A stretch of 32,000 nucleotides of DNA, from assembly GCF_000007145.1 (NCBI RefSeq), contig NC_003902.1, positions 2,216,497 through 2,248,496 on the forward strand, written 5' to 3'. The notes below the pieces were generated by a model that searched no databases, was not told the DNA's origin, and saw only the letters and a program-made list of their open reading frames with translations. The first letter of the stretch is position 1. Each line of letters starts with the position of its first letter. Shown here one piece after another: positions 7,828-15,129 of the stretch. Origin of the DNA: Xanthomonas campestris pv. campestris str. ATCC 33913. GTDB taxonomy: Bacteria; Pseudomonadota; Gammaproteobacteria; Xanthomonadales; Xanthomonadaceae. The position numbers and the translations under genes are program-made.

Positions 7828-7950
7828 TCAATGATCGCTGGAGCGCAATCCGTCCGCATCCAGAATCAGCGCCATCCGGCCGTCGCCGATTAAGGTGGCG
7901 CCGGCGTAGCCGGGTAGGCCGCGCAGGGCGTGGGGTAGTGGTTTGATCAC
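7828..7950 (-). pseudogene. cheA: Displaced 3' fragment of cheA (last 40 codons plus stop)
   Basis: The reverse strand translates to VIKPLPHALRGLPGYAGATLIGDGRMALILDADGLRSSDH*, which matches the C-terminus of the intact cheA (10781-) at 38 of 40 residues. There is no upstream coding continuation, because the sequence switches to the module 2 left end at 7951. Confidence 0.85.
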
Positions 7951-7984
7951 GGAGCGTGATGGGGTCAGGTGCAATTATCAGGCG

Positions 7985-8033
7985 GGTGTTGGCGCAGGTG
8001 GATGTGCCGGCCAAGGCGCGCAGCGTGCGGTGA
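7985..8033 (+). pseudogene. Remnant of the SymE-like gene 3' end (deletion variant of module 1)
   Basis: 7985-8033 aligns with 3970-4021, the last codons of the SymE-like ORF. The ~970 bp corresponding to 3001-3969 is absent here. Confidence 0.6.
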
Positions 8034-8122
8034 TGATGCTGCGGCTGCCAGATGCCCTGCGATTGACCTCAGTGCCGCATGCCACTAGCGTCGCAGCCAC
8101 ACCAGCGCATAACGGACGCTTC

Positions 8123-8740
8123 ATGATCGCGCGCCCCCTCTACGCCTTGCTCGCCACCCTGGCTCTGGGAGCTTGCGCCCACGCGGCGGGCGGCGCAGCT
8201 CCGGCAACCGTCAAGGAGACATCCGCCTTGAGTTCATCCAGCCCTGCCACTGTGCCGCCTGACAAGCCCACTGCGGAGGGTTTGCTTGGCCAGCTGCTTG
8301 CGTTGATCAAAGGCAGCCAGACCATTTCCGACTTCACTCCCGAGCGTCTGAAGTCGGCAATGGGGCAGGTCGTTCAATTCGTAAAAGATGATGAACCCCT
8401 ATACCGTGCTTTTGGCCGGCTCACCAAAGAGTGGAGCTACGGCTTTGGTGTTGATGAAACCAAACTCGATGGACGCTGGTTTGAATTCCGTTTTGATCGC
8501 AATGTGGCCGGTGCATCGCCTTCAATGACCGAGATCTGTCGTCTGGACTTCGACCGCTTCACCCAGCAGCTTGAGTTAATGGGATTTGCGCGCGAGCGCA
8601 ACATCGTCGAGGACGGCCGCTGGATGAGTGATTTCTACACGCGCCCGGGGATGCGTGTAGAGGTTTTCCCAAGAGGTGAAGCTGCGGAACCGCAAGAGTT
8701 GGTGGCGCACAAATGCGTCGAATGGGTCTACATCCGATAA
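8123..8740 (+). CDS. Lipoprotein paralog of 4108-4737, an immunity-like gene with no adjacent cognate HExxH effector
   Basis: MIARPLYALLATLALGACAH carries a lipobox. The C-terminal block NIVEDGRWMSDFYTRPGMRVEVFPRGEA..KCVEWVYIR parallels NLVEDGRWMSDIFQRPGMRVELFPRGEA..QCVEWVQIR. Confidence 0.65.
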   Translation: MIARPLYALLATLALGACAHAAGGAAPATVKETSALSSSSPATVPPDKPTAEGLLGQLLALIKGSQTISDFTPERLKSAMGQVVQFVKDDEPLYRAFGRLTKEWSYGFGVDETKLDGRWFEFRFDRNVAGASPSMTEICRLDFDRFTQQLELMGFARERNIVEDGRWMSDFYTRPGMRVEVFPRGEAAEPQELVAHKCVEWVYIR

Positions 8741-8901
8741 GCTGAGGTAGCGGACATATCACTCAGCCCTGGAGTTGTCAGGCCTCATAAAGCAATGCGT
8801 GCATAGGGCATTGGGGGTGGTTGAGAGGCGTGCATGACACGATGACATTGAAAAACTGTCAAAATTCCCCCTGCAGCACCAACACTTATTGGAGAAAGGC
8901 C

Positions 8902-9543
8902 GTGCCCCTTGCAAACGATCCAATGCGCTTTGCACTCACGGCATTGATTACCTGCCTGATCGCTGGCTGCAGCCTGCAACCGCCGCCTGAAAACGTGCCT
9001 ATCGCAAAGGAGCAGATAGAGATGAGAACGGTCGTCCCGTTGGTACGGAGTTTGACCCCACATGATCGTGGGCCTACAGAGCTGGAATTCGATGTGCCCG
9101 CACTGCCCGACGACGCGACTCCTCCCGTTTTCATCGGTGTGCGGATCACCGGTGTCGATCCAACTGCCGTCTCCCAAAGTGCTGACAGGCTGATTAGCGC
9201 TGGTGTTTCGGCCGAGCTCCACTTGGAGCGTATTGAACCATCCGGTCCGGTCTCCGTGGAATTGCAGCGTAGTCAGCGTGTGGGGGTAGGTCAGCAGGCG
9301 TCCATTCCCTTGTCAGCTGATGGTATGGCTCCTGGTCTGTTCGCTTTTGATGCGGACGGTACGACGCTGCAAGACGCCGGTTTGTCTACTGAACAGACCG
9401 CGTCCAGGGAGTTGGCGTTCGGCTATAGCAATGCTGTCAAGCCAGGCCGTTATCGGCTCAAACTGCGCTTTGATCAGAACGCCGAGGCGCTGGTTGCGGC
9501 TAATGCGCAACTTCTTGTCGCTTACACCTACAAAGGAAAGTAA
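8902..9543 (+). CDS. Lipoprotein, putative immunity protein for the downstream XVIPCD effector
   Basis: GGAG lies 7 nt upstream of the GTG at 8902, and an alternative ATG is at 8923. ..MRFALTALITCLIAGCS carries a lipobox (I-A-G-C). The gene ends 5 nt before the effector-like ORF. Confidence 0.6.
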   Translation: MPLANDPMRFALTALITCLIAGCSLQPPPENVPIAKEQIEMRTVVPLVRSLTPHDRGPTELEFDVPALPDDATPPVFIGVRITGVDPTAVSQSADRLISAGVSAELHLERIEPSGPVSVELQRSQRVGVGQQASIPLSADGMAPGLFAFDADGTTLQDAGLSTEQTASRELAFGYSNAVKPGRYRLKLRFDQNAEALVAANAQLLVAYTYKGK

Positions 9544-9548
9544 GGGGA

Positions 9549-10550
9549 ATGAGCATGGATGATCATGAAAAGCGCTATGCAGTCACTGTCTACGTCGCTG
9601 CCGCAGGTACGCCGTTGATGGCCGGAGGCACATCCTTCGGTGGCCATATGTATTACTCGATTGACGACGGAGCGACTGTCAAAAGTTATGGGTTTTCGCC
9701 TATCAAACATGGCGAGGCTAGCGGGCCAGGGAAAGTTTCTTTCAATGACGTCGACACCTATCAAAAGCCGTATTACTCACGCACGATGGAGATCGATAAG
9801 GCGCAGTATGACAAGCTGGAAGCCTTCGGCGTAGCCCCTGCAAAGCATGGGTTCAATATGGAATATCACGGTGCTAAGAATAGTTGTATCGACTTCACGT
9901 GGGATGCGCTCAACCACGCTGGACTGCACCGGAAGACAAAAGACGGAATCGATAAAGGCTTCGAGGGGGATATCAGGCCCGTAGAAAACGTAGATGATAT
10001 CAAGAGCATTTCTGCTCCTTTGCCTAAAAGTGAGTTGAATAAGGAGCACATCAATCCGAAGCCCAAGCAGGAACTTTGGCAGAAGGTGATTGGTGAGGCG
10101 CAGCCGCCCGGTGAGCAGGTATCTCCACTACAGGAAGCAACACAGCTCGCGAGAGTGCTGCCAACAGATCCGCTGCATCACCAAGCAGAAGAGGCCGTTC
10201 GCCGCCTTGAGCAAGGTCTCGGCCGCGAGTACGACGACAACGGTGCACGGCTGGCAGCAAGCAGCGCGTATTTAGCCAAAGAGAACGGGCTGTCGCGAAT
10301 CGATCATGTCGTGCTGAGCGAGTACACCAAGTCCGTGCGGCAGGGCGAGAACGTCTTCGTTGTGGAAGGTGCGTTGAACGATCCCGCTCACAAGATGGCG
10401 CATATGATGACGAGTGATGCGATTGCGCAGCCCGTCGAGCAATCCTTGGCGCAATTACAGGCCTTGGGCGAAACTCAGCGCCAACAGCAATCCCAGCAGC
10501 AGGAGCAACAGCGAGAGCAGTCGATTGCGCCTCAACACCGGATGGTGTGA
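9549..10550 (+). CDS. Putative T4SS antibacterial effector (X-Tfe-like): N-terminal His...Cys domain plus C-terminal XVIPCD and Gln-rich tail
   Basis: The C-terminus LGREYDDNGARLAASSAYLAKENGLSRIDHVVLSE..VFVVEGALNDPAHKMAHM..PVEQSL..QQQSQQQEQQ parallels the C-terminus of 4752-6221. N-terminal GGHMYYSIDDG ... HGAKNSCIDFTW suggests a permuted papain-like (LRAT/NlpC-type) hydrolase, which is inference only. An alternative start at 9555 has better RBS spacing. Confidence 0.7.
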   Translation: MSMDDHEKRYAVTVYVAAAGTPLMAGGTSFGGHMYYSIDDGATVKSYGFSPIKHGEASGPGKVSFNDVDTYQKPYYSRTMEIDKAQYDKLEAFGVAPAKHGFNMEYHGAKNSCIDFTWDALNHAGLHRKTKDGIDKGFEGDIRPVENVDDIKSISAPLPKSELNKEHINPKPKQELWQKVIGEAQPPGEQVSPLQEATQLARVLPTDPLHHQAEEAVRRLEQGLGREYDDNGARLAASSAYLAKENGLSRIDHVVLSEYTKSVRQGENVFVVEGALNDPAHKMAHMMTSDAIAQPVEQSLAQLQALGETQRQQQSQQQEQQREQSIAPQHRMV

Positions 10551-10680
10551 GAGCTAGTGAAGTAACGGTTCTGAAATAACGGTTCCAGATTCAGTTCCAC
10601 GGCAGCCTGGCCGTCGCCAAACCATCGCGCCCATGCCTGCGCGCATGGCGGCGTAGATCGGCAGCGATGCTGGTAGTGAA

Positions 10681-10713
10681 ACGACAACGGCCGCAGTACG
10701 CGGCCGTTGTCGT
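10681..10713. terminator. Perfect 14-bp hairpin between convergent cheA and the effector gene (putative bidirectional terminator)
   Basis: ACGACAACGGCCGC-AGTAC-GCGGCCGTTGTCGT. The U-tracts are weak on both strands. Confidence 0.5.
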
Positions 10714-10741
10714 TAGATCAGGCAACCAGGATCGTCTTGCC

Positions 10742-10776
10742 GAATCCCGAATCCCAATCCCCAATCCCCAATCCCC
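10742..10776. repeat. Heptamer microsatellite (GAATCCC)x2 (AATCCCC)x3
   Basis: Five tandem heptamers end 4 nt from the cheA stop codon. They are G-rich on the cheA sense strand. Confidence 0.95.
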
Positions 10777-10780
10777 AAAA

Positions 10781-12436
10781 TCAATGATCGCTGGAACGCA
10801 GCCCATCCACGTCCAGGATCAGCGCCATGCGGCCATCGCCGATCAGGGTGGCGCCGGCGTAGCCGGGCAGGCCGCGCAGGGCGCGGGGCAGGGGCTTGAT
10901 CACCACTTCCTCGCGGCCGCGGACCTGGTCCACCACCAGGCCGAAGCGGGTTTCGCCGGCCTGCAGCAGCACCACGGTCAGCAGCGGCGGTTGTTCGGCG
11001 GGCACGCCCAGCCAGCGGCGCAGGTCGATCAGCGGCAAGGTGTGCGAACGACGATCGAGCACGGCGCGGCCGTCGAACCAGCCGAGCGAGGACTGCGGGG
11101 CATGCAGCACCTCAACCACGCGGGCGAGCGGCAGGGCATAGACCGCTTCGCCGGCCTGCACCAGCAAGGTGGGCAGGATCGCCAGGGTCAGCGGCACGCG
11201 AATCATGAAGCGGCTGCCGCGGCCCAGTTCGGACTGGATCTGGATCTGCCCGCTGAGCTCGCGGATACGCGATTGCACCACGTCCATGCCGACGCCGCGG
11301 CCGGAGATGTCGGTCACCTCGGCCTTGGTCGAGAAGCCGGGCATGAAGATCAGATGCAGGCACTCGTCGGTGCTCAGGCGCGCGGCGGCTTCTGCATCGA
11401 TCAGGCCCTTGTTGCGGGCGATTTCGCGCAGGCGCTCGGGGTCGATGCCGGCACCGTCGTCCTGGATTTCGATACTGACGTAGTCGCCTTCCTGCTGCGC
11501 GGACAGGCGCACGTGGCCACTACGCGGCTTGCCGGTGGCTTCGCGCAATGCCGGTGATTCGATGCCGTGGTCGATCGCATTGCGCACCAGGTGCACCAGC
11601 GGGTCGGCCAGGGCTTCGACCAGGTTGCGATCCAGCTCGGTCTCCGCGCCAATCAGCTCCAGTTCCACTTCCTTGGATAGCGTGCGCGCCACATCGCGGG
11701 CCACCTTGGGAAAGCGCGAGAACACCTTGCTCACCGGTTGCATGCGGGTGCGCATGACCGCGGTCTGCAAGCGGGCGGTGGCGATGTCGAGCGTGCTCAC
11801 CGCGCGGTCGAGTTCTTCGTCGCGTAAGCGGGTGCGCAAGGTCTTGAGCCGGTTGCGCGAGAGCACCAGTTCGCCGATCAGGTTGACGATGGCGTCCAGG
11901 CGCTTGGTATCCACGCGCACCGTCTGTTCGGCTTCGGCGCCACCGCTCTTGGCTGCGGCCTTCGGCGTGGCCTTGGCACCGGCGGCGGCCGGTGCCTGGC
12001 CGGCGGGCACCGCGGCGAGCGCAGCAGCCTTGGGCGCGGATTTCACCGCCGGCGGGCCGCTCTTGGCATCGAACTGCGCGATCAGCGACGCCGGTGCATG
12101 CGGCACCGGGTCACCCGAGCCCATCGCATCGAGCATGGCCTGCAGATAATCCAGCGACTGCTGCGCGGCATCGAAGTGATGCGCCTGCAGCACCGCCTGG
12201 CCGGAGCGCGCCATGCCGAGGGTTTCTTCGGCGGCGTGGCACAGCTCCACCATGGGCTTGATCGCCAGAAAGCCGGCGCCGCCCTTGAGCGTGTGGAAGC
12301 CGCGGAACACCGCGTTGAGCTGGTCGGCTTCGTCTGGCGCCTGTTCCAGCGACACCAGCTGTTCGCCGAGGCGATCCAGGATTTCCTGGGCCTCGACGAT
12401 GAAATCGGCAGCAATATCGTCTGGAACAGCACTCAT
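10781..12436 (-). CDS. cheA: Chemotaxis histidine kinase CheA (short form with no obvious P2 domain)
   Basis: HPt motif FRGFHTLKGGAGF, an Ala/Pro-rich linker, a dimerisation segment VRVDTKRLDAIVNLIGELV, kinase boxes HLVRNAIDHGIE, DDGAGID and GRGVGMDVV, and a CheW-like C-terminus. Confidence 0.95.
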   Translation of the reverse strand: MSAVPDDIAADFIVEAQEILDRLGEQLVSLEQAPDEADQLNAVFRGFHTLKGGAGFLAIKPMVELCHAAEETLGMARSGQAVLQAHHFDAAQQSLDYLQAMLDAMGSGDPVPHAPASLIAQFDAKSGPPAVKSAPKAAALAAVPAGQAPAAAGAKATPKAAAKSGGAEAEQTVRVDTKRLDAIVNLIGELVLSRNRLKTLRTRLRDEELDRAVSTLDIATARLQTAVMRTRMQPVSKVFSRFPKVARDVARTLSKEVELELIGAETELDRNLVEALADPLVHLVRNAIDHGIESPALREATGKPRSGHVRLSAQQEGDYVSIEIQDDGAGIDPERLREIARNKGLIDAEAAARLSTDECLHLIFMPGFSTKAEVTDISGRGVGMDVVQSRIRELSGQIQIQSELGRGSRFMIRVPLTLAILPTLLVQAGEAVYALPLARVVEVLHAPQSSLGWFDGRAVLDRRSHTLPLIDLRRWLGVPAEQPPLLTVVLLQAGETRFGLVVDQVRGREEVVIKPLPRALRGLPGYAGATLIGDGRMALILDVDGLRSSDH

Positions 12437-12438
12437 GG

Positions 12439-13065
12439 TTACAACCCCAATCCGGACAGCAGGTCGTCGGCGTCGTCTTGCGACACCGCGTGACGGTCCA
12501 GGCCCTTGACTGCAGGACCGGCAAGACCGCCGTCGTCTTTCTTCGGCTCGGTGCTTTTCGGCGGCAGGCCGAGGGCACCAAAGCCTTCATGCACGCGCCG
12601 CACGATGCCGGCCACGCGCCGAATGATCTGGCCGCTCAGGTCCTGGTAGCTCTGCGCCAGCGACAGCTCGGTCAGGTTGTGGCGCATCTTGTCCATCAGC
12701 GCGCCCTGGTCCTGGTTGAGACCACCATCGCGCAGCTGGTTCGCCAGCAAACGGCATTCTTCGACCAGATCCAGCGTGCGATGGCTGGCCTTTTCGGTCA
12801 TTTCCACCACGTGGTCCAACCGCGAGCAGGCGTCGTCCAGCTCGCCGGCTTCTTCGGGCACGGTGGGCAGTTCGCCCAGGGCCTGGCCCAGTTCGCGTGC
12901 AAGCCGGCTCAGGCCCTGCATCATCGGACGGGTGCGCAAGGCGGCGAGGTGGTCGACCTCGCGCTTCCAGGCGGCTTCGTCACCGCTTTCCAACGCATCG
13001 AGCGCGCCCTGCAGGCGGTCGATCAGCGCGGCGCGTTCGGCATTGGTGTCCACGGTGGCGTTCAT
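12439..13065 (-). CDS. cheZ: CheY-P phosphatase CheZ
   Basis: The start [19 protein letters not shown] overlaps the cheY stop (TGATG). It has a helical, acidic CheZ-like sequence and sits between cheY and cheA. The upstream extension shown in the ORF track is unlikely to be real. Confidence 0.85.
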   Translation of the reverse strand: MNATVDTNAERAALIDRLQGALDALESGDEAAWKREVDHLAALRTRPMMQGLSRLARELGQALGELPTVPEEAGELDDACSRLDHVVEMTEKASHRTLDLVEECRLLANQLRDGGLNQDQGALMDKMRHNLTELSLAQSYQDLSGQIIRRVAGIVRRVHEGFGALGLPPKSTEPKKDDGGLAGPAVKGLDRHAVSQDDADDLLSGLGL

Positions 13066-13457
13066 CAGGCGGTCGCCGCCAGACGTTCGAACACCTTGCC
13101 CAGCTTTTCTTCCAGGGTCTGGGCGGTAAACGGCTTGATGATGTAGCCGTTCACGCCGCACTGGGCGGCTTCGATGATCTGTTCGCGTTTGGCCTCGGCG
13201 GTCACCATCATCACCGGCAGGTGCTTGAGCTTGGCGTCGGCGCGGATGTTGCGCAGCAGGTCGATGCCGGTCATGCCGGGCATGTTCCAGTCGGTGACCA
13301 CGAAATCGAACGGGCCCGCGCGCAACGCAGCCAGTGCGCTGTTGCCGTCTTCGGCCTCTGCGGTATTGGTGAAGCCGAGATCCGCCAACAGATTCTTGAC
13401 GATACGGCGCATCGTCGAGAAGTCGTCCACGATCAGGATCCGCATGTTCTTATTCAC
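13065..13457 (-). CDS. cheY: Chemotaxis response regulator CheY
   Basis: A 130-aa single receiver domain: [49 protein letters not shown]. Confidence 0.95.
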   Translation of the reverse strand: MNKNMRILIVDDFSTMRRIVKNLLADLGFTNTAEAEDGNSALAALRAGPFDFVVTDWNMPGMTGIDLLRNIRADAKLKHLPVMMVTAEAKREQIIEAAQCGVNGYIIKPFTAQTLEEKLGKVFERLAATA

Positions 13458-13480
13458 ATCAAGCTCCTAACACGAAAAAA

Positions 13481-14248
13481 TTAATCGTCAATTTCGACAC
13501 CGGCATCTGCCAGCTCGAAGACTTTGAGGCGGCCGCGCAAACGCACCACGGCCTGGCCATGGATCTGGCAGACGCGCGACTCGCTGACACCGAGCACGGC
13601 GCCGATTTCCTTCAGGTTCAATTCCTGTTCGTAGTACAGCGACAGCACCAGCTGCTCGCGCTCGGGCAACTGGCCAATGGCCTTGCCCAGCTCGCGACCA
13701 AACTCGCCGCGCTCCATCATCTGCTGCGGATTGGGGCCACCCTTGGCGGTGGTGTCCAGTTCGCCGTGGTCTTCGATGCGCGATTCCAGGCTCAGCACCT
13801 GGCCGCGTGCGGCGTCTTCCATCAGGCGCAGGTAGTCGGGCAGCGGCATCTCCATCGCGGCGGCCACTTCGGTGGCGGCGGCGGCGCGGCCGGTGTTCTG
13901 TTCGATCTTGCGCACGGCGGCGGCGGCGTCGCGGGCCCGGCGGTGCACCGAGCGCGGCACCCAGTCGCCCCGACGGATCTCGTCGATCATCGAGCCGCGG
14001 ATACGGATCGAGGCATAGGTTTCGAACGAGGCGCCCTGGTCGGAGTCGTAGCTGCGCGAGGCTTCGATCAGGCCGATCATGCCGGCCTGGATCAAATCGT
14101 CCACTTCCACGCTCGCCGGCAGGCGCGCGGCCAGATGGTGGGCGATCCGGCGCACCAGGTCGGCGTGCTGGGTGACCACATCGTTGGCGTTATTGCGTTG
14201 CACGGCACGGTACTGGGCCGTGGCGGTCGTTGCGGTGGCGGTACTCAT
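13481..14248 (-). CDS. fliA: Flagellar sigma factor FliA (sigma-28)
   Basis: From the ATG at 14248 (MSTATATTATAQYRA..) it has sigma-70 family regions 2 to 4: DDLIQAGMIGLIEA, RIRGSMIDEIRR, LNLKEIGAVLGVSESRVCQIHGQAV. The start overlaps the flhG stop. Confidence 0.9.
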   Translation of the reverse strand: MSTATATTATAQYRAVQRNNANDVVTQHADLVRRIAHHLAARLPASVEVDDLIQAGMIGLIEASRSYDSDQGASFETYASIRIRGSMIDEIRRGDWVPRSVHRRARDAAAAVRKIEQNTGRAAAATEVAAAMEMPLPDYLRLMEDAARGQVLSLESRIEDHGELDTTAKGGPNPQQMMERGEFGRELGKAIGQLPEREQLVLSLYYEQELNLKEIGAVLGVSESRVCQIHGQAVVRLRGRLKVFELADAGVEIDD

Positions 14249-15129
14249 GCGGCCACTCCCCGTTGGATGATGCGTTCGACGAAGAACTCGACGTTGCCGC
14301 GCGGCACGGTGGGGGCCTGCCAGCGCGAGGTACGGCGTGCGATTTCGGCAATGGCCTGTGCCGAGGGACTGGCCGGGTAGGCCTTGATGACCGGTTGCTG
14401 GCGCTGCACCGACAGGCGCAGCCAATCGTCCTGCGGCACGTGGCCGAGGTAGTTCAGCGAGACATCGCCGAGGAACTTTTCGCACACCCGCGAGAGCTTG
14501 TCGTACAGCAGGCGGCCTTCGTTGGGGTCGCGCACCATGTTGGCGATGATCTGCAGGCGGTCCACGCCGCGTTCGCGCGAGAGCACCTTGATCAGCGCGT
14601 AGGCGTCGGTGATCGAGGCCGGCTCGTCGCAGACCACCACCACGGTGTCCTGGGCGGCCTGGCAGAAGGTCAGCACGCTGTCGGTGATGCCGGCGGCGGT
14701 GTCGATGACCATCACGTCCAGGTCGCGCTCCAGTTCGGAGAACACGTTGACCAGGCCGATGTGCTGGGCCGGGGCCAGTTCGGCCATGTGGCGGCGACCG
14801 GAGGCGGCCGGCACCACGAGCACGCCGCCGGGGCCTTCGATGATCACTTCGTCCAGCGTGCAGCGGCCGGCGATCAGGTCGGCCAGGGTGTACTTGGGCG
14901 ACAGGCCCAGCACCACGTCCAGATTGGCCAGGCCCAGGTCGGCGTCGAGCAGCAGGGTGCGCTTGCCCATGTCGGCCAGGGCCACCGCCAGGTTGGCGGA
15001 GATGTTGGTTTTACCCACGCCACCCTTGCCACCGGTCACGGCAATGGTGCGCACCGGGCCCAAAGGCTCGGGACGGGTCGCCGACAGGGGGAAGGCGTTG
15101 GTCAGCTTTGCGTATTCACGCGACTGCAT
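14245..15129 (-). CDS. flhG: MinD/ParA-type flagellar number regulator FlhG (FleN)
   Basis: Deviant Walker A motif AVTGGKGGVGKTNISANLA, with MinD-like DLGLANLDV. It lies between flhF and fliA. Confidence 0.9.
   Translation of the reverse strand: MQSREYAKLTNAFPLSATRPEPLGPVRTIAVTGGKGGVGKTNISANLAVALADMGKRTLLLDADLGLANLDVVLGLSPKYTLADLIAGRCTLDEVIIEGPGGVLVVPAASGRRHMAELAPAQHIGLVNVFSELERDLDVMVIDTAAGITDSVLTFCQAAQDTVVVVCDEPASITDAYALIKVLSRERGVDRLQIIANMVRDPNEGRLLYDKLSRVCEKFLGDVSLNYLGHVPQDDWLRLSVQRQQPVIKAYPASPSAQAIAEIARRTSRWQAPTVPRGNVEFFVERIIQRGVAA

Larger units (their letters stand above)
7628..7950 (+). repeat. R2: long copy of the cassette-boundary repeat (its first 18 bp are at 6261-6278, left of the IS)
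   Basis: With the IS removed, 6261-6278 plus 7628-7950 is colinear with 10574-10903. It contains the boundary motif, the hairpin, the heptamer array and a copy of the cheA 3' end. Confidence 0.85.
10574..10903 (+). repeat. R3: native-position copy of the boundary repeat, running into the 3' end of the intact cheA
   Basis: Colinear with R2 and with R1 up to the hairpin. Homology with R2 stops at ..CTTGATCAC (10903), inside cheA. Confidence 0.85.
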
